A stretch of DNA of 34,613 bases from a virus (IMGVR_UViG_3300020045_010131:1-34613); one strand, 5' to 3'; shown: positions 15,291 through 25,240, numbered from the stretch's first letter. Notes: generated by a model from the sequence alone, not told the origin. Numbers and translations: made by a program.

Positions 15291-15623
15291 CTATTTAAAT
15301 AATTCAGGTTGAACAAATGATGATTTAGGGGGAACTAATTCTTTACCTTGATTACTTTGCTCTGCTACATACTCCCTCATTTTTGCTATTCCTTCTTTAT
15401 TATGCTCTGTTACATTAAGGCGATAGTTAGTCCACGTAACGCTCTGCCCGTATCTTGATTTACCTTCCATGTGAGTACGGCTTACTACCACGCCAAATCC
15501 TTTTTCTATCATCCTGCTAATTTCTCTTGGGCAGTTGGTAAGCCCTATAAGGTCAAAACAGTTCTTTATATTTAGAACCCTTCCATCAAGTAAGGCTTTG
15601 GCTAAAGCGGCTTTGGCTGTCAT
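15291..15623 (-). CDS. Winged-HTH protein
   Basis: LLDGRVLNIKNCFDLIGLTNCPREISR...TNYRL phage wHTH pattern; ends QPELFK. Confidence 0.75.
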   Translation of the reverse strand: MTAKAALAKALLDGRVLNIKNCFDLIGLTNCPREISRMIEKGFGVVVSRTHMEGKSRYGQSVTWTNYRLNVTEHNKEGIAKMREYVAEQSNQGKELVPPKSSFVQPELFK

Positions 15624-15644
15624 GGTGTTTTTGATTTCTTTTCA

Positions 15645-15676
15645 CAAGATTAGAACAAAGATTTGAATTATGCAAA
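15645..15676 (-). promoter_or_regulatory. Leftward promoter of the divergent control region
   Basis: TTTG-N20-TAATCTTG. Confidence 0.6.
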
Positions 15677-15742
15677 TTTATTTAGAGAAATTTAAAAAAA
15701 TAAAAAAGATAAGAATTATTAGGATTATTGAAAAAAAGGTTT

Positions 15743-15750
15743 TAGGTTTG
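15743..15750 (+). promoter_or_regulatory. Rightward promoter -7 element
   Basis: TAGGTTTG upstream of 15768. Confidence 0.55.
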
Positions 15751-15767
15751 TTGAAAATTATGAAACA

Positions 15768-15959
15768 ATGGAAAAAGAGGTATTATCAATTCCTGAACAA
15801 ATAAAGGTTGCGCTGGATGGCAGAACTCAAAGATGGTTATCTTTTGAGGTAAGGATACCAGAGCAGGATTTGTCCAAGAAAATAAATAACGGCTTGGCGT
15901 TTACTGATGCCGAAATAAAAGACATTGAAAATAGGCTAAAATTTAAAATACAAAAATGA
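15768..15959 (+). CDS. Cro/XRE-like HTH protein
   Basis: GRTQRWLSFEVRIPEQDLSKKINNGLAFTDAEIKDI; first gene of the divergent arm. Confidence 0.8.
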   Translation: MEKEVLSIPEQIKVALDGRTQRWLSFEVRIPEQDLSKKINNGLAFTDAEIKDIENRLKFKIQK

Positions 15960-16288
15960 AAATAATAAACCTTACAGAATTTAGAGCAATGCCAGATGGT
16001 ACTATATTCTGCAAGTACGAACCTTGCAACTTTGGTGAACTTGAAATAAAAGGAGAAACATGGGATAGCGACTTTATATCGGCACCATTAACAGGGTGTA
16101 TTGAAAGCGATAGTGGTAGTGATATGTTCGATAAGTTGTTGCAGTACGAAAAAACAAAAGAAAGTTTCCCTTTAAACGTAGAATATTATGGCAGAGACGG
16201 CTTGTATGAAAAAGACCAATTGTATGCTGTGTATGAAAATACGGACATTGAGCAATTAATTAGTAGGCTAAAACAATCGCTAACGTAA
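15956..16288 (+). CDS. Conserved hypothetical phage protein
   Basis: MKIINLTEFRAMPDGTIFCKYEPC...RDGLY...AVYE. Confidence 0.8.
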   Translation: MKIINLTEFRAMPDGTIFCKYEPCNFGELEIKGETWDSDFISAPLTGCIESDSGSDMFDKLLQYEKTKESFPLNVEYYGRDGLYEKDQLYAVYENTDIEQLISRLKQSLT

Positions 16289-16296
16289 ACGAATAA

Positions 16297-16455
16297 ATGC
16301 TCAACGAACAAGCCATAGAGTTATTAACCCGAATGAGAAACCTTCTGCTTACCTCTACCATAAGAAAGCCATACGGGTATAAAAACATTTGGGAGTGGAG
16401 AAAATCAATGCAAGAAAAAATTAAGTACATAAAACAAAAAGAAAAGATACAATGA
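16297..16455 (+). CDS. Hypothetical protein (52 aa)
   Basis: Open frame MLNEQAIELL...; its TGA overlaps the ATG of the GroES-like gene. Confidence 0.6.
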   Translation: MLNEQAIELLTRMRNLLLTSTIRKPYGYKNIWEWRKSMQEKIKYIKQKEKIQ

Positions 16456-16736
16456 TAAAACTAAAGCCACAAGGCGTAAAATTAATTATCCATCCTATTG
16501 AAAAGGAAAACTTTAAAACAGAAGGGGGGCTTGAAATAGTTCAGATGGACTTACAGGAAGGAGAGGTAATGGAAGTACCTGATGAACTAAAAGATATTTA
16601 TGCTGTAGGTGATATTGTTCTGTATCCAAAAGGAGCAGGATTAGGTGTAATGTACCAAAAGAAAAGTTGTGTATTTTTAAGTGGAGAAGGAAATAACAAA
16701 GGCGATATTATTGCACTTATAACTGATGAAAAATAA
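16452..16736 (+). CDS. GroES-like co-chaperonin
   Basis: LKPQG.KLII...KTEGGL...GEVMEV...VGDIVLY...DIIA matches the Cpn10 pattern. Confidence 0.85.
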   Translation: MIKLKPQGVKLIIHPIEKENFKTEGGLEIVQMDLQEGEVMEVPDELKDIYAVGDIVLYPKGAGLGVMYQKKSCVFLSGEGNNKGDIIALITDEK

Positions 16737-17449
16737 TGAATAATCCAGCAAAAATTTTAGTAAAGTACACTACAAGAGGAAGGGTTGACCGTTTTTTTGA
16801 TGGCATGGAAAGCATTTATAACAATTGTGCTGACTTAGATAATTTAAGAGTTTTAATAACTGCCGACTTAGATGATGTAACTATGAATTGCGAGGCGGTT
16901 AAAATAAGGCTTTTAAATTACAAAAATGCTAAAATAATCTATGGTACAAGTACGGGGAAAATAAATGCAATAAACCGTGATTTTGATAAGCTGCCAAATG
17001 GATTTGAAGATTGGGATATAATTGCCAATTTTAGCGATGACCAGCGGTTTACGATATTTGGTTGGGATGAATTAATACGGACGGATTTTAAGCTAAATTC
17101 GCCTGATTACACTCACTTCATGGCATACTTAGATGTTGACACAAAAGGGGCTTTGAGTACTCTTTATATTGCTGGACGCAAATTCTTTGATTTGTTTGGG
17201 TTTGTTTATGACAATGTGTTTTTAAGTCTGTTTGCAGATAACCTTGTTGAAGATTGCGCCAAACATTTAAACCTATTCCACTATACCGGATATACAATTT
17301 ATCAGCATCTTCTACCAAGCTATGGGCATTTACAGGGAGATGAAATGTGGCAAAAGCAACAGGAAGTTGGGTACAGCATAGATATGACTACATACCACGA
17401 TATAATTAATAAAGGGATTCCGGAATATTTAAAACAATTTGGATTATGA
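16736..17449 (+). CDS. Glycosyltransferase (GT-A / GT2-like)
   Basis: ILVKYTTRGR, KINAINRD, DIIANFSDD (DxD-like), FADN, YQH. Confidence 0.8.
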   Translation: MNNPAKILVKYTTRGRVDRFFDGMESIYNNCADLDNLRVLITADLDDVTMNCEAVKIRLLNYKNAKIIYGTSTGKINAINRDFDKLPNGFEDWDIIANFSDDQRFTIFGWDELIRTDFKLNSPDYTHFMAYLDVDTKGALSTLYIAGRKFFDLFGFVYDNVFLSLFADNLVEDCAKHLNLFHYTGYTIYQHLLPSYGHLQGDEMWQKQQEVGYSIDMTTYHDIINKGIPEYLKQFGL

Positions 17450-18303
17450 TAATTGATTTTTCCATGTACGCTTTTAAAAAAAGAGCTGCTTATGTAAAAA
17501 ATGTTTTATCCCAAAGTCAACCAGAGTTGGACTTTAAGGCACTTGAATACATGTCCCTTAAAAAGGGAGACTATAATTCAGCTATTTATGGGATATATAA
17601 TATTATTACGAAAAATTTATACGTAGGGTCTACAAATAATTTTCATAAAAGGTTTGTTGGGCATCAGAATTGTTTACGTACTGGCAAGACTTATAGGTCA
17701 ATACTAAGCGACCTTAACAAAACGGGATTCGATAGTTTCTTTTTTATAAAAATAATGGATGTAGAGCCTAAACAACTGATTGAGGCTGAAAATTATTGGA
17801 TAGAATCATTGGGGGCGACTTATAATAGCAATAAGGCGGTGGAATTAAAGATACCAATAGAGAGCAAAAGGAGAGCAAGGGTTGATGGGATAAAAACTAT
17901 GGCACATTATAGTTCCCCTGTAGTAAAGTATGATTTTTCTGGAGAAGTTTTGAGTGAATATACAAGCATAAGAGCGGCAGCAGTTGAGCATGGGGGTAAG
18001 CATTTAGCATATCTTATAACTAAAAACTGTAGAGGTAAAACAGATTCAGCTTTTGGGGCAGTGTGGAAGTATAAGAATGGAATGACATTACCTAAGCCAA
18101 AACATGTAAAGCAATTGGTTCAAAAGGCAATTGTTCAAATAGATGCAGAAACAGGGGAATTTATAAAAATGTGGGAATCCTCAATTCAGGCAGCAGAGTT
18201 TTACGGGCTTAAGCCGCAATCAATACGGTATGTATGCGAAAGTAAGAAAAAAGCTGCGGGATATTTATGGAGGTATGCAAACTTGAAAAACTTTAGATTA
18301 TGA
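17446..18303 (+). mobile_element. Free-standing GIY-YIG homing endonuclease with NUMOD1 repeats
   Basis: GIYNI...YVGST...RF..H; ENYWI; two SIRAAA / SSIQAAEF...GYLWRY repeats. Confidence 0.85.
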
Positions 18304-18989
18304 TACAACAGCCATTACTTAGTATATTGATACCTACTGTTGTAGGAAGAGAAGCGGAAGTCGAAAGGCTTTTGAATAAAGTAAAAGGCGGCTTAGCATG
18401 GAAAGAGGTTAAGATTATTGATGGTAAATATGAAAGACACATTGGGGAGTGTTTAAGTATGCCTATATGGTTTGAAATATATAAGGATGACAAGTCGGTA
18501 ACTATTGGAGAGAAAAGAGAAACAATGTATAAAGGGGCAAAAGGACTTTATTCTTGGCAAATTGATGATGACGATGATATAGCGGATAATGCAATACAGC
18601 TAATATTAGAGGCTATTAAAAGCAATCCTGAAATACCCTGTATAACTTTTCGTGAACGGTGCATGATGAATGGGGAATACAAAACATCCAATCATTCGAT
18701 TAAGTATGATTGTTGGAGGGACAATTGGGATGGCTATAGTTACACAAGAAACCCCTTTTTTAAGGATGTGATAAGGACAGATATAGCAAAGTCAGTTCCG
18801 ATACATAATGTAAGGTGGAATGAGGATGAATTATTCTCCAAAGATATTTACCCACTCCTTACCGATGAAATACACATAGACAAAGAACTATACTTTTACA
18901 TTTACGAACCTAAAGACACACACGAAGAACGTTACGGCATAATCCAACCAGCACAAAGAAAAGAAAACAGCGAACCTACTAATTATTGA
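18300..18989 (+). CDS. Glycosyltransferase family 2-like
   Basis: LLSILIPTV.GR, IGEKR, IDDDDDI, NED, YFY. Confidence 0.85.
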   Translation: MIQQPLLSILIPTVVGREAEVERLLNKVKGGLAWKEVKIIDGKYERHIGECLSMPIWFEIYKDDKSVTIGEKRETMYKGAKGLYSWQIDDDDDIADNAIQLILEAIKSNPEIPCITFRERCMMNGEYKTSNHSIKYDCWRDNWDGYSYTRNPFFKDVIRTDIAKSVPIHNVRWNEDELFSKDIYPLLTDEIHIDKELYFYIYEPKDTHEERYGIIQPAQRKENSEPTNY

Positions 18990-18991
18990 AA

Positions 18992-19672
18992 ATGGAAAAT
19001 ATTAATAAAGCGGTAATAATAAATGCGGGAATTTCGGGGTGGTACGGGTTGGGTAGCAAACGGTTAGCGAAGTCATTAAATTTTGTAGGATGGGCAGGCG
19101 AAACAATAATCTACGCTGACGAATACCCCCCAAATAGCCATAACCATAACGATATTCCTTACTACATGAAGATAGCTGCTTTTGAAGAAGCGATAAGGCA
19201 AGGATTTACTCATATCCTATGGTGCGACAGTTCTTTTTGGGCAGTTTCAAACCCTATGAAAATGTTTGACATTATAAACGAACAAGGATATTGGTTTTTT
19301 AGTACAGGGTATAATTTAGCACAATCAGTAAATGATACAGCCCTCCAATTTGTAGGTAAGACAAGAGATGAAGCAGAACAACAAACAGAATGGGCAAGTG
19401 GATGCGTAGGCGTTAATCTTGAAAATCCATACGGTAAAGCCCTTTATGAAAAATGGAAGTACTACATGGATGCAGGATTAAGCAAGGGAAGTCGGCTACA
19501 TGATAACCAAAGTTCAGACCCACGATTTTTGTTCCACCGCCAAGACCAAAGTTGCCTTAACTTAGCCATTTGGGAATTAGGATTAAAGAACGACAGAGTG
19601 GATGATATGGTGTCTTACAAAGGAACTGGTTACAATCCTGACAAAATAATTTGGTTTATTGAAAGTTTGTAG
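18992..19672 (+). CDS. Nucleotide-sugar transferase (GT-A fold)
   Basis: YYMKIAAF, ILWCDSS and HRQDQS motifs; ATG at 18992 preferred over TTG at 18986. Confidence 0.75.
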   Translation: MENINKAVIINAGISGWYGLGSKRLAKSLNFVGWAGETIIYADEYPPNSHNHNDIPYYMKIAAFEEAIRQGFTHILWCDSSFWAVSNPMKMFDIINEQGYWFFSTGYNLAQSVNDTALQFVGKTRDEAEQQTEWASGCVGVNLENPYGKALYEKWKYYMDAGLSKGSRLHDNQSSDPRFLFHRQDQSCLNLAIWELGLKNDRVDDMVSYKGTGYNPDKIIWFIESL

Positions 19673-19680
19673 TAACTTTA
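19650..19680 (+). promoter_or_regulatory. Promoter upstream of the HNH endonuclease
   Basis: TTTG-N19-TAACTTTA. Confidence 0.6.
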
Positions 19681-19684
19681 TATC

Positions 19685-19791
19685 GCAGTTCAGTTTATGA
19701 AAAAATTAAAAATCTTCCTGTCATTTACATTGCCACTTCGCACATTTGTGCAGACTGGACTGCCTTTGTATTTGGCAGGTTGTTTTTATTT
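19685..19791 (+). promoter_or_regulatory. Structured 5' leader with interleaved inverted repeats
   Basis: 19685-19696 pairs with 19752-19763; 19717-19723 pairs with 19773-19779, then a U-tract. Confidence 0.65.
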
Positions 19792-20628
19792 ATGGAAAAA
19801 GAAATATGGAAACCTGTCATAGAAAATGATGAATATGAAGTGAGTTCAATGTGTAGATTTAGGACATTGAAGCCGTGTAAAAAAGGAGGTAGCCCTAAAA
19901 TACTAAAGCAGCATATTTGTAAAACGGGGTATTATTGTGTAGGCTTATATCAAGGAAATGGGAAACAAAGAGTTCGAAAATCTAATAGGCTATTTGCACA
20001 AGTATTTATACAAAATCCATTGAAGTTGCCACAGGTTAATCATAAAGATGGTAATAAATTAAATAACTCATTAGATAATTTAGAGTGGGTTACTAACAAG
20101 CAGAATAGTGAACATGCGTGGAAAACAGGATTAATAAATAGGCAATTTGGAGAGAAAACAAGTAAAGCAGTATTGACAAATAAAGATGCTATTGATATAA
20201 TTAATTCTAATAAAACAGATAAAGAGCTTGCTAATATATACAATGTTCATTCGTCCACTATAAATAATATAAAATGTGGCAAAAATAGGTCGGATATTAC
20301 TAAGGTGCCGAGAAGGTTTAAGGAAAAAGTTAATGTAGGTGTTGTGCTTAAAATATTTAATTCAACCAATGATGATGCGACTACAGCTAAAGAATATGGA
20401 GTATGTAGGCAACATGTAAACGCAATAAAAAGTGGCCTTCGTTATTCAGAAATAACAGGCAAGGTATATCAAAGAAAACAAAAGGTAGCTACAAAGATAA
20501 CACGAAATATAGTTATGGGAATAAAGAGTATGAGGCATCTTAAACTGAAAGATTCGATGATAGGGTTTAACGTATCTGAAAGTGTTGTAGTAAAAATAAG
20601 AGCAGGAAAATTTGACCATTTAATTTAA
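19792..20628 (+). mobile_element. NUMOD4-HNH homing endonuclease with C-terminal HTH repeats
   Basis: EIWKPV...YEVSS; VNHKDGNKLNNSLDNLEWVTNKQNSEHA; ATG at 19792 preferred. Confidence 0.9.
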
Positions 20629-20632
20629 AAAT

Positions 20633-21430
20633 ATGATTTCTGTACTTTCAGCGACCGGCAATGAATTTTATTCATACCCACTACCGATAACGGTTTGGAG
20701 TTGGTATAAATTGGGGATTAAAAGCATTGTGTTTGTTCCCGAAAATAGTGGGGCTAAAATAGCATTGGCAAAAGAATATTGCAATGGGATGGCTGATTTT
20801 TATACTTTTAAATGCGAAGAAAGAAAAGAGGCTACTTTTGCACAAACAAGTCGATTATTTGGTGCTACAGTTGAAGGGTTAGATGATAATGAGGTGCTGA
20901 TTACGGGAGACGCTGATTTAGCTGTATTTGGTAGCGAATTTGAGCAGTTTAAAGATGGGAAGGTTCGGATAATTGGAGCTGACTTATTAAGTGAAGATAT
21001 GAACCAGTTCCCGATGTGCTTTATCGGCATGTCTGTTAGTAATTGGAAAGATATATTCGCCATTGGTAGTGATAATTTGCAATCCGCTTTGGATGATACA
21101 GTAGGCAATTTGGAATCAATATCGTTTCGTGGGGATTTTTGGGGGTACGATCAATGGTACGCTCACCAAGTGATAACAAGAAGCGGTGTGGATATTTTAA
21201 AAATACCACGGGCAAAACCGCCGGAAATGTTTGCCGTAAGGCGTTATGACCGTGATGACCAATTTATATTAGACAGGCTAAACCCCGATACCATTGACTT
21301 CCACATGCCCCGCCCCGGATATGAAGAAAAAAGTCACCATATAATAATGACCATATTAAAATACCACTACCCAAATGAAGATTTTACATGGGTTGACCAG
21401 TACAGAAATGAATACTTAAAACTATTATAA
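20633..21430 (+). CDS. Putative glycosyltransferase (GT-A-like)
   Basis: LITGDADL (DxD), PMCFI, WGYDQ, DFHMPRP. Confidence 0.65.
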   Translation: MISVLSATGNEFYSYPLPITVWSWYKLGIKSIVFVPENSGAKIALAKEYCNGMADFYTFKCEERKEATFAQTSRLFGATVEGLDDNEVLITGDADLAVFGSEFEQFKDGKVRIIGADLLSEDMNQFPMCFIGMSVSNWKDIFAIGSDNLQSALDDTVGNLESISFRGDFWGYDQWYAHQVITRSGVDILKIPRAKPPEMFAVRRYDRDDQFILDRLNPDTIDFHMPRPGYEEKSHHIIMTILKYHYPNEDFTWVDQYRNEYLKLL

Positions 21431-21982
21431 ATGAATACAGATATACAGTTGTCTTTTGGACAAAGGGTTGACCCTGAAAATGGATTGATTGAGTGCTGGT
21501 TTACTCATGGCTGTTTAGATTGGATAAAGCAACAAGATTGGAAGGATAAAAATATACTAATGTATGGTGGCGGTTTGGGAGATGCGTGGCTTGCCTCAAA
21601 GTGTAAAACTTTAACAGTTATTGAAAGAAGGGGTGAGTGGGTAAGATGCCATGCCGAAAACCTTACTCACGTAATAAGAACGTGTAATGATTGTAGCGGT
21701 ACACAGGATTATTATACTGAAATACCAAGCGACAAAAAGTTTGACATAATAATCAATGACGATGCTTACAGGTATGAGGTATGCGTGGTGGCTGAAAAGT
21801 ACTTTAAAGAAAATGGTGGTGGTATTTTAATAACGGATAATTGGCAACAATCGTATGTATTTATGTGTCCGGCAGCAGAGGAGTTGCTAAAATTATACGA
21901 AGCACATATCCACGAACAAGCAGACCATTTAGATAATGATGGGATTAACAAATGGAAAACTGCAATACACTTTATAAAATGA
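21431..21982 (+). CDS. Class I SAM-dependent methyltransferase-like protein
   Basis: ILMYGGGLG, TVIE, FDIIIND, GGILITDN. Confidence 0.75.
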   Translation: MNTDIQLSFGQRVDPENGLIECWFTHGCLDWIKQQDWKDKNILMYGGGLGDAWLASKCKTLTVIERRGEWVRCHAENLTHVIRTCNDCSGTQDYYTEIPSDKKFDIIINDDAYRYEVCVVAEKYFKENGGGILITDNWQQSYVFMCPAAEELLKLYEAHIHEQADHLDNDGINKWKTAIHFIK

Positions 21983-22494
21983 CAAAAACAGTAACACATA
22001 TTGATTGCCCACATGACTGGATAGGCACAGACGATTATTCAAGTCATTTGCCTTTGCTATACCTTGCATTAAATAAAACAGATGGGCATAGTGTGGTGGA
22101 ACTTGGTAGTGGGAAAGGTTCTACAATGATGCTTAAACAGAAATGTAAAGAGCAGAAAAGGAATTTTTCAAGTTATGAGAATGACATTTTTTATGCAAAA
22201 AAACACGATAATGTCATTACTAAAATAACTAACTATATGAACGTTTACTTGCATAATCCAAGCGTATTGTTTATTGATTCGGCTCCGGGTGAACAAAGGA
22301 AAGATTTAATAGAATTACATAAAGATAATGCAGATGTTATTGTTATTCATGATACAGAGGAAGGGGCGCAAAATATTTACGGCATACGTGAGGTTTTAAA
22401 CTCATTCAAGTACCGCCTTAATTACTACCCAGTAGGTAATCCCGGAACAACGGCTTTGAGTAATAAAATTGATGTAACTAAATGGGTAGACTGA
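21979..22494 (+). CDS. Class I SAM-dependent methyltransferase
   Basis: VVELGSGKGST, SYEND, LFIDS, VIHDTE; ATGA-coupled start at 21979. Confidence 0.8.
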   Translation: MTKTVTHIDCPHDWIGTDDYSSHLPLLYLALNKTDGHSVVELGSGKGSTMMLKQKCKEQKRNFSSYENDIFYAKKHDNVITKITNYMNVYLHNPSVLFIDSAPGEQRKDLIELHKDNADVIVIHDTEEGAQNIYGIREVLNSFKYRLNYYPVGNPGTTALSNKIDVTKWVD

Positions 22495-23024
22495 ATATAA
22501 TTTTTGATTCAAGAAGGCAAGAGAAGTATGAACCTTTGATGAATGAATTACGTGAACAAGGGATTGCGGATTATAAGATTTGGGATTGTGTGATGTTGCC
22601 AAGTGTAGTTGATTCCATAGCAGAAAGCCATAAGATGATAATAAGGGATGCGATGGAACAAGGGCTTGAAAAGTGTTTTATAGCGGAAGACGACTTGATG
22701 TTTACTTGTAAAGGGGCATGGGATTACTACCTAAAGAATATGCCAGATAAGTTTTCGCTGTATTTGGGCTGCACATACGTTTTACCGATAAGTAACAATA
22801 TTGTTTGTGGGTTTCATCTTTACTGTGTGTATAAGGATTTTTACCAGCAAGTGCTTGATGTTCCACGTGGACAGCATATTGATACTTATATGAATGAACT
22901 GAAAGGAGATTACAAGTACTGCTACCCATTTCCTGCATTGCAAAGAAGCGGATGGAGTGCCAACAATAAAATGGAATGCAACTATAACTCTTTATTAAAA
23001 GATGAAGATATTTATAAAGGATGA
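22482..23024 (+). CDS. Glycosyltransferase family 25-like
   Basis: SHKMII...IAEDD, LYLG, GFHLY, HID. Confidence 0.8.
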   Translation: MGRLNIIFDSRRQEKYEPLMNELREQGIADYKIWDCVMLPSVVDSIAESHKMIIRDAMEQGLEKCFIAEDDLMFTCKGAWDYYLKNMPDKFSLYLGCTYVLPISNNIVCGFHLYCVYKDFYQQVLDVPRGQHIDTYMNELKGDYKYCYPFPALQRSGWSANNKMECNYNSLLKDEDIYKG

Positions 23025-23353
23025 CACCTTATATTACTTATAGAGAAAAAGACGATAATGGGGATTTGCAGTACTATATATTGCAAAAGGCTTTCCCTCA
23101 CATGGTAGGCAGATTAGTTACTTTTCCAATAGAAGGAGCGTTGGCTAATGAAGCTATTGCAGGGTACAATCTTTGGATAACATGGAATGGTTGTTTGAGG
23201 GGTAATGTAATCCCTAATTATACGAATTTTGATAAAGAAATAGCCAATGTATTTTTCAATATGTCGGCATGGTTTTATGCCGAAAGGATTGTGATGGATA
23301 AAAGCAGATTTAAAAAATTTAAAATAAATACAGATGCTAACAGCCCCGCTTGA
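23021..23353 (+). CDS. Hypothetical protein
   Basis: ATGA-coupled ORF. Confidence 0.7.
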   Translation: MTPYITYREKDDNGDLQYYILQKAFPHMVGRLVTFPIEGALANEAIAGYNLWITWNGCLRGNVIPNYTNFDKEIANVFFNMSAWFYAERIVMDKSRFKKFKINTDANSPA

Positions 23354-23960
23354 TGATGTGATAGTTAAGGTTAAAACCAAGTACATCTCAAATATTACAA
23401 CTCTTTTAAAGCGTTCTGCCATACAGAACAATGCCAGCGTTGACCCTTTAGATTTCGTTAATATTACGGGAGAGATAGTTTCAATTCCAAAAGCAATAAC
23501 CAAAAGATTTGATTACGAAGGCTACAGTTTGGAGCATATCAAAGTAGGAGATATTGCAATCTTTTCTTACCATGTAATTGGAGAGCAATGGATAACAGAA
23601 GACCAAAAGATAGAGTTTAAAAACAGAATATGGTATGATGGGCAAGAGTATTTCAGATGCAATATCATGGACTTGTTTGGGGTTATAAGAGATGGCAAAG
23701 TAATTATGTTGAATGGGTATGTAATGGCAACGCCTTTCCCCGAAAGCAAGATTATAGTAGCCGCCTCAATGAAAAAAACAAAAGGTGTTGTAAAATCCGA
23801 AGTAATGAATATCGGCTACCCAAAATCAAATAAAAAGTGCATAGATGCAATGCAGGGAGATACCATACTTTTCAATCCAATGGTTGCCCAAAAGTACCAA
23901 ATAAACGATAAGCCATTTATAATCCTATCCCAGCACCATATCATGGCAAAAGAGGCTTAA
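23334..23960 (+). CDS. Tandem double GroES-like domain protein
   Basis: Two repeats: GEIVSIP...IKVGDIAIF...GQEYF and EVMNIG...QGDTILF...INDKPFIIL. Confidence 0.75.
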   Translation: MLTAPLDDVIVKVKTKYISNITTLLKRSAIQNNASVDPLDFVNITGEIVSIPKAITKRFDYEGYSLEHIKVGDIAIFSYHVIGEQWITEDQKIEFKNRIWYDGQEYFRCNIMDLFGVIRDGKVIMLNGYVMATPFPESKIIVAASMKKTKGVVKSEVMNIGYPKSNKKCIDAMQGDTILFNPMVAQKYQINDKPFIILSQHHIMAKEA

Positions 23961-23992
23961 AAAATATTTCCCATAATATTTCAGAAATAGTT

Positions 23993-24000
23993 TAAATTTG
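23993..24000 (+). promoter_or_regulatory. Possible promoter -7 element of the tail module
   Basis: TAAATTTG 16 nt upstream of the ATG at 24017; weak -33 element. Confidence 0.4.
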
Positions 24001-24016
24001 GCAAACTTTTCTGTAC

Positions 24017-24697
24017 ATGGACTTAAATCAGGCATTTGATTTCTTGAATTTTTGGATAAATAAGAATTTGGGAGCGTTCTATACGATTCCTGAATTAACC
24101 TCATTGGTAAATAATGCACAGATTTCCTACTACACTGATATAAAGCCTAAGTACGCTACATCAAACTTAATTAAAGAAATACTTGCCCCATTTAGAGAGG
24201 AGTATGAATTTAACCCAACCAATACCGTTTCAGGCATTATATCCGTTCCTTCAAACTCAAATTATCTTGACCTTTTAGATATTCAAATTCAATTTCAAAT
24301 TTCAAATCGAACTGTTTACGCTCCCATAGTGATGGTAAATGAGGATGAGAGAGCGCAAAGATTAAATTCTCAAATAGAGCCGGTTACAGCCACAAGCCCT
24401 GTGGGAGAGATTATCAAACCAAGATTTTTCAGGATATACCCATTAGGAGGATATACAGGTAAGGTTACTTATTTTAGAAAGCCAAATGATGTTGTTTTTG
24501 GATATTCTGTAATATCAGGCAGGGTTATAGTTTATAATGCCGCAACCTCAACGCAGTTAGAATGGAGAGCAAGTGAGGTTATTCCTATTTTATTAAAGGC
24601 GTTGGAGAGTGTAGGTATTAACCTTTCAGCAGCAGATATATCAAACTTTGCAGAACTAAAAACACAATCCAATTATCAAGGAGTAAATAAATTATAA
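24017..24697 (+). CDS. Virion ring/adaptor protein (crAss-like tail tubular type)
   Basis: ~230 aa; helical N-terminus (INKN...ELTSLVNNAQ), YFRKP, LEW...ILLKAL..GINL; context. Confidence 0.65.
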   Translation: MDLNQAFDFLNFWINKNLGAFYTIPELTSLVNNAQISYYTDIKPKYATSNLIKEILAPFREEYEFNPTNTVSGIISVPSNSNYLDLLDIQIQFQISNRTVYAPIVMVNEDERAQRLNSQIEPVTATSPVGEIIKPRFFRIYPLGGYTGKVTYFRKPNDVVFGYSVISGRVIVYNAATSTQLEWRASEVIPILLKALESVGINLSAADISNFAELKTQSNYQGVNKL

Positions 24698-24701
24698 AGC
24701 T

Positions 24702-25214
24702 ATGGCAACCATAAAAAAAGGCGGCATAAAAGAGGCTTTAGCAACAGCGATGCCTACAGAGGGGGGAGAAAATGAACCACAAGTGGATAGAAAAATAAGA
24801 ACTGATTGGAATAGTTTTTTGGATTACTTAGAAAAATCAGGGTTTAAAGGTAAACCTGATTTAGATAAAGGTGGCTATGGGTATAAATTATTTGATGAAT
24901 ATGTAAAGCAAACTCCCGGCACGTCTTTAGGTAGGGATAAATTACCTTTAATAAGAAAAGAACTTTTGAATTATAGAAATTGGGCATTAGAGCAAAATAA
25001 ATCTACAGCCCCCGGAACAATGAAATTAGCCGCAGGAGTGAATGAAAATAATTTTATGAGGCATGTTATTGAAAATGAAAAAACAGGAGACCCTAATTAC
25101 CCCGGTTCAAACTTGACAATGATTAAATTTCCTGATTCGTATTTAAAATTTGTGGATTTAAATAATAATACTTCTACAGTGAAAAATCAGGGATTTGCTG
25201 CAATAAAAAAATGA
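24702..25214 (+). CDS. Hypothetical protein
   Basis: 170-aa ORF in the structural module. Confidence 0.75.
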   Translation: MATIKKGGIKEALATAMPTEGGENEPQVDRKIRTDWNSFLDYLEKSGFKGKPDLDKGGYGYKLFDEYVKQTPGTSLGRDKLPLIRKELLNYRNWALEQNKSTAPGTMKLAAGVNENNFMRHVIENEKTGDPNYPGSNLTMIKFPDSYLKFVDLNNNTSTVKNQGFAAIKK

Positions 25215-25240
25215 TATGAATCAGTAAAACCAAGTAAATA

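Noticed and set aside
17446-20628. Group I introns housing the endonucleases
   Set aside because: Flanking genes have complete termini and there is no room for intron core sequence
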